This document shows, in pieces, positions 1 through 7,767 of a DNA stretch of 31,072 nucleotides (positions within the stretch are counted from its first letter, which is position 1; each line of letters opens with the position of its first letter). A program made the translations under genes and the position numbers. Location of the stretch: IMG/VR virus record IMGVR_UViG_3300011442_000022, positions 1 to 31,072 of that record; one strand, 5' to 3'. This DNA comes from a virus. Lineage: Duplodnaviria; Caudoviricetes. The notes under the pieces were generated by a model, which was not told the DNA's origin, did no database searches, and saw nothing but the letters and a program-made list of their open reading frames with translations.

Positions 1-324
1 AATCGCAGCCACGGTCAGCACGATTGGCGCAGTGAGAACGGCCCACGTTAGCCCGGCCACTGCCGCCAACCCGCTGAACGCAAAGCTCAAAATCGTCACC
101 CCAGCGCCAAGTGCGAGCAGCCCGGCCGCTGGAGCCGCGACCGCAAACAGCCCCTTCCCGATCGCGCCGAATCCGCCCTGGAACTTTTTGGTGATCGCCT
201 TGTGGAGATTGCCCCAGGTCGTTTCGACCTTCTTGGCGGTCTTGGATGTGTCTTGCTCGGCTTGCTTGAGACCTTCGGCGGTGAAGCGAACATAGTGCTC
301 GCCAAGTTTGGTCTTGGTTGCCAC
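1..324 (-). CDS. Tail tape measure protein, N-terminal part (runs off window start)
   Basis: Not in the ORF track. My translation from GTG at 324 (GAGGGAG upstream) gives MATKTKLGEHYVRFTAEGLKQAEQDTSKTAKKVETTWGNLHKAITKKFQGGFGAIGKGLFAVAAPAAGLLALGAG..., an Ala/Gly-rich helical sequence directly after the tail chaperone pair. Confidence 0.8.
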   Translation of the reverse strand, partial: MATKTKLGEHYVRFTAEGLKQAEQDTSKTAKKVETTWGNLHKAITKKFQGGFGAIGKGLFAVAAPAAGLLALGAGVTILSFAFSGLAAVAGLTWAVLTAPIVLTVAAI

Positions 325-327
325 GGC

Positions 328-555
328 TCACTCCCTCCCTTCCCGCTCTTTGCGTTCGCGGATTCGGTCCATCGCCTCGCCGCTCGATATCTCGCTTCCA
401 CTTCCCGACCACGCGAGCAACTGATCGTAGGGCATGTTGGCGACGTACGCCGGCGTCCATGTTTCATGTTTGGCGACAACCGCCCGGATGAGCTTGGCGT
501 GCGGCAGATCGCCGGCGAACTGGCAGGCTAGGAGTCCTGCCCAGCCGGCTTTTTT
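328..555 (-). CDS. Tail assembly chaperone C-terminal extension (gpT-like), reached by -1 frameshift
   Basis: Open -1 frame (...KKAGWAGLLACQFAGDLPHAKLIRAVVAKHETWTPAYVANMPYDQLLAW...) overlapping the 3' end of 528..995 at a slippery site, just upstream of the tape measure gene. Confidence 0.7.
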   Translation of the reverse strand, partial: KKAGWAGLLACQFAGDLPHAKLIRAVVAKHETWTPAYVANMPYDQLLAWSGSGSEISSGEAMDRIRERKEREGRE

Positions 556-995
556 GGGTCGGACGTGCCATCCTCCGCGTCGCAAGCCGCGTCGAGGCCG
601 ATCGCCACCTGGTCGGCGTTGTCGGCCGTCACGAGGGCCGCGGCCTTCTCGCGAGTGAAGTCCGGGTGGTTCTTGCGAGCCGCGAGCCAGAGCTGCAGCG
701 CGACGCCGGCAGGCGAGTAGGTGAGCTGCATGATTTCCGCATCGGTCGGCGTGCGTTTGCCGTTCTTGGCCTTGGCGAACTCGCGGATGAGCAAGAGCTG
801 GCGTTCAGGAGAGAGCCCGTTGAGGTCCGCGTCGCAGAGCCCCTGCGTCTCGCCGACCGTCGGCTGCGACAAGACCCACCGCTGCATGAGCAGCAAATCG
901 TTGGCGGACGGCTTTTGGACCAAGAGGGTTCGCTCGCCGATGACGAGAACGCCGGGCGTGCCGGCGACGGCCGCTTGGTTCGACAGCTTGCTCAT
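528..995 (-). CDS. Tail assembly chaperone (gpG-like)
   Basis: 155 aa, between the major tail and tape measure genes, ending ...DPKKPAGQDS across the slippery site. Confidence 0.75.
   Translation of the reverse strand: MSKLSNQAAVAGTPGVLVIGERTLLVQKPSANDLLLMQRWVLSQPTVGETQGLCDADLNGLSPERQLLLIREFAKAKNGKRTPTDAEIMQLTYSPAGVALQLWLAARKNHPDFTREKAAALVTADNADQVAIGLDAACDAEDGTSDPKKPAGQDS
549..558 (-). promoter_or_regulatory. Programmed -1 ribosomal frameshift slippery site (C CCA AAA AAG)
   Basis: Minus strand reads GAC CCA AAA AAG in the chaperone frame. A_AAA_AAG is a canonical bacterial -1 heptamer, and the -1 frame stays open to 328. Confidence 0.75.
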
Positions 996-1381
996 TAGGA
1001 GTGAACCACGATTTCCTGGGAGTACCCGGTGATGTTGAGTCGGACAATGTCCTCGTCCTCGTCGTTGATGAATTTGACCTTCTCGATGATCGCGTTTTGC
1101 GTCGTGATCTTCTTGCCCGACAGGCCCTTATTCAGGACCATCTTGACCGACGCGCCCCGGTTGATACCGATGGCCGCCGGGTCCTTGTTGTCGTCCCAAG
1201 GCATCTCGATCGAGAACGTCGTATCGACGATCGTCATCTGCCGTTGCTTGTGGCCGAGCGACGTGCTGTTCGTTTTGTTCGCGAGGACGGCGGTTTCCTC
1301 GACTTCCCACTTGGCGACGCCAATGGCAATATCGGTGCCGGTGACTGTGACCGCTCCACCCGCGCCAGACCAGGTTGCCAT
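995..1381 (-). CDS. Major tail (tube) protein
   Basis: 128 aa with a beta-rich pattern (GVAKWEVEET...NKTNSTSLGHKQRQMTIVDTTFSIEMPWD), immediately upstream of the chaperone, with GGAGG upstream. Confidence 0.7.
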   Translation of the reverse strand: MATWSGAGGAVTVTGTDIAIGVAKWEVEETAVLANKTNSTSLGHKQRQMTIVDTTFSIEMPWDDNKDPAAIGINRGASVKMVLNKGLSGKKITTQNAIIEKVKFINDEDEDIVRLNITGYSQEIVVHS

Positions 1382-1431
1382 CGCTCAGCCCTCCATCGGT
1401 GTGTCGCGAGAACCGCCGCCGGCCGGCGTGG

Positions 1432-2010
1432 TCAATAGCCAACGATGATGACAGTCGCGTCGAGCGCCGTCGCCGACGAGTTCCGAAGCCGCATGATATC
1501 GCCCGTGCCCGCCGTCACTGTCCATCCCGCGTAGGGGTGGGACAGCCGAATGTGATCGAAGAAGGTCAACTTGTCGGACACGTCTGCGAACGGGCCAATG
1601 AACGCGTTGGCGACGGCCGCCGGGCCGATTTCGAGCTTCTTGGTCCCGTCCGGAGAGTTGATGATGACCAGGATTTCCTTGATCGCCGCGAACGTCAAAG
1701 TGTTGCCCTGATCGTCGATCAGGCTGCCGGCGAGATCGAGGTCCTGATTGGTCGTGCCCGCGATCGTGTACACGTTGACGAACATTTTGTTCGCCTGATC
1801 GGTCCCCGTGCCCGTGGTGTACGTCTTCACGAGTGGCGGCATCGAGTTCTGGCCGAGCTGGAACGCCGTCTGTGTCGATCGCTGGGACGCGCCCTTGACG
1901 TAGGTGCCGTTGGCGTTCGTTTGGAATGTGGCCCCCAGCGTGTCGGCTCCCGCGTAGATCGCGAGCGCGACGAGAATAGCGATTCCGAGAATGCAGGCAC
2001 TTGCGATCAT
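1432..2010 (-). CDS. Hypothetical virion-associated protein
   Basis: Thr/Gly/Ala-rich beta-type ORF in the tail operon. Start taken at MIASAC (ATG 2010), just after the upstream stop. Confidence 0.6.
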   Translation of the reverse strand: MIASACILGIAILVALAIYAGADTLGATFQTNANGTYVKGASQRSTQTAFQLGQNSMPPLVKTYTTGTGTDQANKMFVNVYTIAGTTNQDLDLAGSLIDDQGNTLTFAAIKEILVIINSPDGTKKLEIGPAAVANAFIGPFADVSDKLTFFDHIRLSHPYAGWTVTAGTGDIMRLRNSSATALDATVIIVGY

Positions 2011-2012
2011 GT

Positions 2013-2432
2013 TCAGTTCCCCTCGATCAGCACTCGCCATTCCATCGTCGCCAAACACACGTCCGACGCATTGCGGGGAGAATCCTCGACGTTCAACTCG
2101 CCCGTCCCCGTCCGAATATCAACCACCTTGATCGCTTCGGGCACGGTCAGGCCCGGCATCATCGCCTCGATTGCCGCGCGGGCCGTTCCGCCCGCGCTAA
2201 ACTTGTCGGCCCCCGCGTCGCCCCACACGCTGATCCGCACGGCGAACAATCGGTGATACCGGCCGTCGGAGATCCGCACGATCGGCTCGGCCGTCACAAC
2301 GAGCATCGCGTAAGAAGCGACGGCTTGCTCGTTGACCTTCCCGTACCAAATGCCGCCCGGACAATTCACACGGGCCAGAGTCACTTGCCAGCGACCCATC
2401 ACGCCGGCGGCGACGTGTTCGGGGCCGACCAT
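2013..2432 (-). CDS. Putative tail terminator / tail completion protein
   Basis: 139 aa from MVGPEH, with TGATG coupling to the upstream gene. Position and the alpha/beta pattern (GIWYG...YAMLVV...VRISVWG) fit the terminator family. Confidence 0.55.
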   Translation of the reverse strand: MVGPEHVAAGVMGRWQVTLARVNCPGGIWYGKVNEQAVASYAMLVVTAEPIVRISDGRYHRLFAVRISVWGDAGADKFSAGGTARAAIEAMMPGLTVPEAIKVVDIRTGTGELNVEDSPRNASDVCLATMEWRVLIEGN

Positions 2433-2839
2433 CAGCCGCCCCCGGTCTGCTGTTGCGCCACGCGAGCCACCACGGCCTGCAATTGCGCGTTCATGTCCTT
2501 GGCCGTCTCTTCGATCCCCTTGCGGTTGTGCTCGTCGTGTAGCCATTGCATGTAGAACGCGTTGGCCGCGTAACCGACGTCCACGAATTGCTGCTTGCCG
2601 ATTTCGCCCGGCGACGTCGGCTGGTACATCACATTGGCCTGCCCGAAGCCCGTTCGCTTCTTCGGGTACTCGCCGCGTCGTGACGGCGTTTTATACGGCC
2701 GCGGGTTGGCGATGTTGATCCGTCGCTGGTGCTCGGCAACGAGCGTTGTGGCGGCCGCGGCGAGAGCCAGGCCGAGCCGTTCGGCAATGCCCTTGTAGGC
2801 CAGTGTCACGTTTTGTTGGATGCTTGCGGCGCCGGCCAT
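2432..2839 (-). CDS. Neck / tail completion protein (HK97 gp10-like)
   Basis: 135 aa with PSRRGEYPKKRTG and VGYAANAFYMQWL, resembling gp10-family motifs, in the expected syntenic position. Confidence 0.65.
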   Translation of the reverse strand: MAGAASIQQNVTLAYKGIAERLGLALAAAATTLVAEHQRRINIANPRPYKTPSRRGEYPKKRTGFGQANVMYQPTSPGEIGKQQFVDVGYAANAFYMQWLHDEHNRKGIEETAKDMNAQLQAVVARVAQQQTGGG

Positions 2840-2849
2840 TTACGTGCCC

Positions 2850-2872
2850 TGTTAGACTCCTGGACTCTAACA
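2850..2872. promoter_or_regulatory. 23-bp near-perfect inverted repeat in an intergenic gap (operator or RNA hairpin)
   Basis: TGTTAGAcTCC-t-GGAcTCTAACA, with 10 of 11 arm positions complementary, ending 10 nt upstream of the 2839 start codon. Confidence 0.5.
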
Positions 2873-2891
2873 AAGCGCGGCTTAATTCCGC

Positions 2892-3533
2892 CTACTGAAC
2901 GATCTCCAAGTCGAGTTCCTGGAGCACGTCGAACCGGTCGGCCGATCGCCAGCCGGTGATCTGGTAGACCGTGCCGTCGGCACCAATGAGCCGCCAGTTG
3001 GCCGCCGGCCGGATCCGCCGACCGACCCACGCCGTGAACTGGCGAACCGCCTGACGCTTGCCGAGCCGATCCTCGGCCGCGACCTCGGTTTCCTGGATTC
3101 GGGCGGGAAGGTCGGCGACGGCCGTCGTGTAGGCCGGCTGACGAACGCCGGCAGCGTCCTGCTTGGCGTCGGGCTGTTGCAGCGTTACCAGCTCGCTAAG
3201 ATCGGCGGAAAGAACAAAGTTGCGCGTGACGAGTCGCCACCAGGTGGACCACGAATTGAGAGCGGCTTCGAGGATGGTCCACTCGACGCCGTTGACGTCC
3301 TGGATGCGATCCGACAGCTTGGGAATCGTGTCGGGCGGGAGCAGCTCGGCCGGAATGAGCCACACGAGGTCCTGCCCGGTGTACGCGCCGCCCGACGCGG
3401 CCAGTTCCTTCCACGCCAGGGCCCTGCGCTTGGCGGTCAGCGGAGTGAGCCCGTAGTCGATCGTGCCGCGCTCGGAGAGCAGCCCGACCGACTCGAGATT
3501 GTCCCATGCCTTCCAATCGCTGCGGATGTTCAC
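2892..3533 (-). CDS. Head closure / head-tail adaptor-like protein, apparently two tandem domains
   Basis: 213 aa with two halves, each carrying the gpFII/gp16-type 'dri...G..y.I' signature (SDRIQDVNGVEWTIL; NWRLIGADGTVYQIT). Lies upstream of the gp10-like gene. Confidence 0.6.
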   Translation of the reverse strand: MNIRSDWKAWDNLESVGLLSERGTIDYGLTPLTAKRRALAWKELAASGGAYTGQDLVWLIPAELLPPDTIPKLSDRIQDVNGVEWTILEAALNSWSTWWRLVTRNFVLSADLSELVTLQQPDAKQDAAGVRQPAYTTAVADLPARIQETEVAAEDRLGKRQAVRQFTAWVGRRIRPAANWRLIGADGTVYQITGWRSADRFDVLQELDLEIVQ

Positions 3534-3536
3534 GGC

Positions 3537-3953
3537 TTAGCTCCCAATCCAGGTCGGTTGCACCCACAACGCCCACGGCACAACGAACGGCTCACCGGTG
3601 ACCGGCGTGAACCGCACATCGACGCGGAATCGGCGCGGCTTCGGGTTGCCGGCGAGGTCCTCTTCGGGCGTCCAGGCGAACGCCGAGGCGGGCACGGTGA
3701 ACGCGAAGTTGTAGCCGGTCGTATCGGCGTCCCAAGCGCCGCCGGTTTGCAGCGTGTCGAAAATCGACGTCGCGATCACGATCGGGAGCAAGGCCCCGGA
3801 AACGTCGGCCTCCAGGTCGCGGACCTGGTACGCGATCGCAGCGAGCGTGGCTTGCGTGATGTTCGCGTTGTTCGCGCCCACGACGCGCGCGAGTAGCACG
3901 GTCCCCGAGCGCGAAATGGTTCTCCCGCTGATGACGCCCACTGTCTGACTCAT
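3537..3953 (-). CDS. Hypothetical structural protein (Ig-like beta sandwich suspected)
   Basis: 138 aa, ATGA-coupled to the LamG gene, with a beta-strand pattern. Confidence 0.6.
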   Translation of the reverse strand: MSQTVGVISGRTISRSGTVLLARVVGANNANITQATLAAIAYQVRDLEADVSGALLPIVIATSIFDTLQTGGAWDADTTGYNFAFTVPASAFAWTPEEDLAGNPKPRRFRVDVRFTPVTGEPFVVPWALWVQPTWIGS

Positions 3954-4777
3954 AATTCACCTTTGGTCTGACCGGCTTGTGCGCCGGGCGTGTGCGTGGA
4001 TGCGGCCGCAACACGGTAATAACCACCGACGAGCAGCGGCCCCTTTACCGGAACCGGCGTCTGCCTGCGCCGGAACGCCGCGAACGGATCGGAGTACAGT
4101 TGGCGCACTTCGGATGCCGACAGGGCCCGGTTGTAAATGGCGATGGCATCGAGTTGGCCGTTCCAGTAGGCCGTGCCGAACCCCGTGTTGTCGCGGCCGA
4201 TTCGCAGCGACAGGTTGTTGTTAATAATCGATCCAGTCGATGCAGTCTGCGCACCGAGTTGCAACCCGTCCAAGTAAAGCGTGATGTTCGCGCCGTCGTA
4301 AGTAACTGTCGCATGGTGCCAGAGCGAATCCTCGATAGACACAGACCGACTGACAGTGACCGTCGAGAGGCCGCTCAATCGCACTTGCAATTGGTTGCCC
4401 GTGTCGTCGTAAAGGAACACGTAAGAATTCGAGTTCCCCCACCGGCTGATGATCGTTTTGTACTGGCCAGCGGAAGCCCCCAGCCGTCGCACCCACGCTG
4501 ACATAGTTATCTGCGCCGTGATGCCGAGCGTCGAATGATTCGGTACGTCTATGTAGTCATCGACGCCGTCGAACGTCAAGCAGTCGCCAAACGGGCCACT
4601 CGACCATCCCGACGTAGCTGTGAAGTTGGTAAGCGTCCCGTTGTTCCTGTTGGCCGAATCGTAAATCTTCGGGCCGCCGCCCTCGTCGAACAGCCAGGCC
4701 GAGACGAGCCCCTCGCCCAGCCGATGCCCGTAGCTGAGTCGCGCTCCCTTCGGTGGCTTGGCCCGGTAGCTGCTCAT
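3950..4777 (-). CDS. LamG / concanavalin A-like lectin domain protein (putative fibre or receptor-binding)
   Basis: Typical LamG motifs: GLVSAWLFDEGGG, LTFDGVDDYI, ITMSAWV, WHHATVTYDG, LYLDG, LRIG, WNGQLDAIAIYNRALSASEVRQLY. Confidence 0.9.
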   Translation of the reverse strand: MSSYRAKPPKGARLSYGHRLGEGLVSAWLFDEGGGPKIYDSANRNNGTLTNFTATSGWSSGPFGDCLTFDGVDDYIDVPNHSTLGITAQITMSAWVRRLGASAGQYKTIISRWGNSNSYVFLYDDTGNQLQVRLSGLSTVTVSRSVSIEDSLWHHATVTYDGANITLYLDGLQLGAQTASTGSIINNNLSLRIGRDNTGFGTAYWNGQLDAIAIYNRALSASEVRQLYSDPFAAFRRRQTPVPVKGPLLVGGYYRVAAASTHTPGAQAGQTKGEL

Positions 4778-5130
4778 AACGCGGTCAACTCCTGAGCGTG
4801 GCACTCGACCGTAACATCTTGCCCCGTGTTGCCCGTGAACGTGACGTTGACGAACATCGCCGACGGAGGAATCTCGACCGAGAAATCGGTCACGGCATTA
4901 TTCGTTACGGGTGCCGTCTGCCGGCTGAACTCCCTCTTGTCGCCAGTCACGTCTCCCGTGTAAACCACGAAGTCGCAGCCGATGGTTGGCCCGGTTGCCC
5001 CGTTCGTGATACGGGCGCACACCAGAGCGCCGTACTTCGTGGACAGGTCGAGTTCGGTTGCGTTGACGGTCGCGCCAGCCCCATTGCTGACGCTCGCGAG
5101 TAGGATTCTGCTGGTTTTTGCTGCGGGCAT
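4774..5130 (-). CDS. Hypothetical beta-rich virion protein
   Basis: 118 aa, Thr/Val/Gly-rich, translationally coupled on both sides. Confidence 0.65.
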   Translation of the reverse strand: MPAAKTSRILLASVSNGAGATVNATELDLSTKYGALVCARITNGATGPTIGCDFVVYTGDVTGDKREFSRQTAPVTNNAVTDFSVEIPPSAMFVNVTFTGNTGQDVTVECHAQELTAL

Positions 5131-5384
5131 TAGCTGTTCAGCACTGTCGTCAGTGCAGCCTCCAGAGTTGTTTCGCGGGCACGCTTGGCGGTCTCCGCCG
5201 TCAACGCATCGGCAAAGGCTGTTTTGATTGCTGCGCGAGCAGCCGCTTTGAATTCGGAGCGCATCGAGAACACGAACGGCACGACAAAGGCCGACGCATC
5301 GGCAAACGTGCCGACAATGGTGCCGACCTCGGCGCCGCTCGCCGCCTTGTCGCCGTCAAGCTCTATGTCAACTGTCCACGGCAT
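5130..5384 (-). CDS. Hypothetical protein
   Basis: 84 aa from MPWTVDIE, with GGAGG upstream and a TAATG overlap with the next gene. Confidence 0.6.
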   Translation of the reverse strand: MPWTVDIELDGDKAASGAEVGTIVGTFADASAFVVPFVFSMRSEFKAAARAAIKTAFADALTAETAKRARETTLEAALTTVLNS

Positions 5385-5385
5385 G

Positions 5386-6774
5386 TCAACCTCCCCCGGG
5401 TCCTCCAGCATTGAACAAAACTGCGGCCTTAACGCCTCCCACGTGTATAGTCGCGGCCCTTGCTCCGCCCTCGTCCACGACCGCCGCCTTTGCGCCGCCA
5501 ACGTGCACAATCGCAGCGGGAACGTGGTATGGGCCGAGGATGTAGACCACAGACCCGACGAGCAGGCGATAGGCTCGCTGGCTCCATACGCTGAAATCCT
5601 CGGGCGACCAATCAACCCAAAATTCACGGCGACGTGGTAGCGGGGCATTGACGACCGGGGGCACACCGCTGGGGAACTTGATTCGCCGACCCGGCCAAAC
5701 CAGATCGTCAGCCAGCTCGAACGCTTTCCTGCGAAGGGCGGCGGGAACAAGAGCAATGGGCGGCACGAGTCGAATGAATCGAACCGGCCACGGGCCGGCG
5801 TCGGCCTCCTCGCTCCACGCCGCGAGCCGATTTCTTGGCGGATAGGTAGGTCCTGCCCGTGTTTCGCGAGCGATCCGTTTTGGCCACTGCCAGGAAGCTT
5901 CGGGCTCATCCTGCCAATTTGCTGTCGGCCGAAATCGCGGCTGACTTGCCGCCGCGATCACCTGCTGAACGATCCGCCGCTGGGCCGCGACTGGCCACTC
6001 GACTTCGGGCGACGGAAAGTCGAAAACATCGCGATAAGGCAGCGGATCGTTGACGATGGGCGCGATGCCACTGAAGAACCTGATCGGCCGCGACAATGGC
6101 CAGATCTCGTCAGCCAGGTCGAAGGGCAGCAGTCGCCGATATGCAACCTGAGAGGCGGCCACGATGACGTCGGGAACGTATCGAACCGTGCGAGCGACCG
6201 CGAACCATGCGTCGCTTTCGTCGGGCCACGCCGACAGCCTGTTGCGTGGCGGGTACGTTGGCCCGCTGCGGACTTCGCGCGGCGGACGTTGCGGCCACGT
6301 CTCTTCGACAACGTCCCACGGGGGCGGGCGGGTCGCTCGGAACTGCCGTTGGATTTGCAGATCGGGATTGACTCGCCGCTGGATTGGGGTTGCCCATTCG
6401 GATTCGTTCGGCCAGTCAGTCGCACGGATCGGCGGGCGAGGCTGGTTCGCCACAACCGGCGACGAAACGATCCGCCGCTGGGCGGTCGCTGGCCACTCCA
6501 CTTCGGCTGGCCACTCGGCAGGCTGGTCGCGAGACGGGAGTGGGGCGTCAACAATGGGAGGTATGCCGACGAAGAACTTGACGCGGCGTTGCGGCCAGTC
6601 GGACCAATCGGCGGCATCGTCCCAATCGACGGTACGCGCCCGGCGCGGCTGACTGGCTACTCCGCCTCCGGCGTCCGCGTCCCACTGCCGATCAAACCAC
6701 GATTCGACGACCAGCGTGCCGCCGAACCAATGCTTGATATCGAAGCTCGGATCGTAGGTCGCTTTGATCGACAT
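5386..6774 (-). CDS. Pro/Arg/Trp-rich internally repeated protein of unknown function
   Basis: 462-aa ORF filling the gap exactly between its neighbours, with recurring blocks (KFFVGIPPIVDAPLP / RFFSGIAPIVNDPLP / KFPSGVPPVVNAPLP; GPTYPPRNRL twice). Confidence 0.7.
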   Translation of the reverse strand: MSIKATYDPSFDIKHWFGGTLVVESWFDRQWDADAGGGVASQPRRARTVDWDDAADWSDWPQRRVKFFVGIPPIVDAPLPSRDQPAEWPAEVEWPATAQRRIVSSPVVANQPRPPIRATDWPNESEWATPIQRRVNPDLQIQRQFRATRPPPWDVVEETWPQRPPREVRSGPTYPPRNRLSAWPDESDAWFAVARTVRYVPDVIVAASQVAYRRLLPFDLADEIWPLSRPIRFFSGIAPIVNDPLPYRDVFDFPSPEVEWPVAAQRRIVQQVIAAASQPRFRPTANWQDEPEASWQWPKRIARETRAGPTYPPRNRLAAWSEEADAGPWPVRFIRLVPPIALVPAALRRKAFELADDLVWPGRRIKFPSGVPPVVNAPLPRRREFWVDWSPEDFSVWSQRAYRLLVGSVVYILGPYHVPAAIVHVGGAKAAVVDEGGARAATIHVGGVKAAVLFNAGGPGGG

Positions 6775-6775
6775 G

Positions 6776-7333
6776 TTATCTCGGCAGATCCGCCGGCCAG
6801 ATCGCCTTCAGCTCATCGATTGTCTGAGCACTTTCCGCGTCCAAGGTTTGCGGGGCGTCTCGCAACGCCTGACGCTTGGCTTCCACCGCTGCCGCCTCAT
6901 CAGTCTTGCCTTGTCCAATCGCGCGTGTGTAGTCACGGTCAAGAACGCCCAAGGCAGCCAGTCGCCGGCTGCGCATCTTCTCGATGTGCAACCGGCGAGC
7001 GTGTGGCATGTCGTGATGGAACCCGGCGTCCGTGTGCCGTAGCGCGTTGCGGTATGTCCGGTCCTTGGGAATCGAATCCCAGGTCACGACCTTGTACCGA
7101 ACCGGCTGCGGCTTCGGTAGGCCGTGCCGGTCCGTCAACGGGAACGCTTTGCTGATTTCCGCAAAGATGTTCGCGTCGGACGGCGAACGGTTCCAAACGC
7201 CCGGCGTTTTCGACCACACCGCGCCGAACGGCAGCGTAGGTGAGCTGGCCCGAACCATGAAGCTCATCACAGTCACGGTGCCGTCATCCATCGTGATTGC
7301 GATAGGCACCTGGTCATCAAGAGTGTGCTTCAT
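6776..7333 (-). CDS. Putative tail-fibre assembly chaperone-like protein
   Basis: C-terminal DMPHARRLH...RSRRLAALGVLD...KRQALRDAP...TIDELKAIWP matches the R..R...L...D...RQALRD.P...WP pattern of phage fibre chaperones. Confidence 0.6.
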   Translation of the reverse strand: MKHTLDDQVPIAITMDDGTVTVMSFMVRASSPTLPFGAVWSKTPGVWNRSPSDANIFAEISKAFPLTDRHGLPKPQPVRYKVVTWDSIPKDRTYRNALRHTDAGFHHDMPHARRLHIEKMRSRRLAALGVLDRDYTRAIGQGKTDEAAAVEAKRQALRDAPQTLDAESAQTIDELKAIWPADLPR

Positions 7334-7371
7334 CGCTGACCTCTTAGTTTCCTGACTGACGATCTTGTGCC

Positions 7372-7755
7372 TTATCCATGAACGACTGCCTCACCCGAAG
7401 TAGTGAACGCCCAATCAATCTCAGTAGAGGCAAGGCCGGTTACTCGGATGCGCATGTCTGAATCGACAGCATCGACTGTGACTGCCGCCAGAACCAAAGC
7501 TATGAGGTCTGCCGCGGTTCCCTTCGTGGCCAGCAACGTCAGCCCAAACACTGTCAAGTTTCCAGTGTCGCGCTTGAAGCCGACCTCAAGAAACCAGACC
7601 TTCGCTGCGCCGTCAGAAACACGGCGAGCGCTCACTCGAATCACCCTGAAGCCAGCAGCGTTTTCGATGATCGTTTCAGCGGACAGCGTGTGTTGCGTGG
7701 CGTCGGAGAACGTCGCGACGCCGTTGAATCCCTGACTGTCTAAAGTTGCGCTCAT
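7372..7755 (-). CDS. Hypothetical beta-rich protein
   Basis: 127-aa ORF with GGAG upstream. Strand pattern resembles fibre accessory domains. Confidence 0.6.
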   Translation of the reverse strand: MSATLDSQGFNGVATFSDATQHTLSAETIIENAAGFRVIRVSARRVSDGAAKVWFLEVGFKRDTGNLTVFGLTLLATKGTAADLIALVLAAVTVDAVDSDMRIRVTGLASTEIDWAFTTSGEAVVHG

Positions 7756-7767
7756 GTCCGATCTCCG

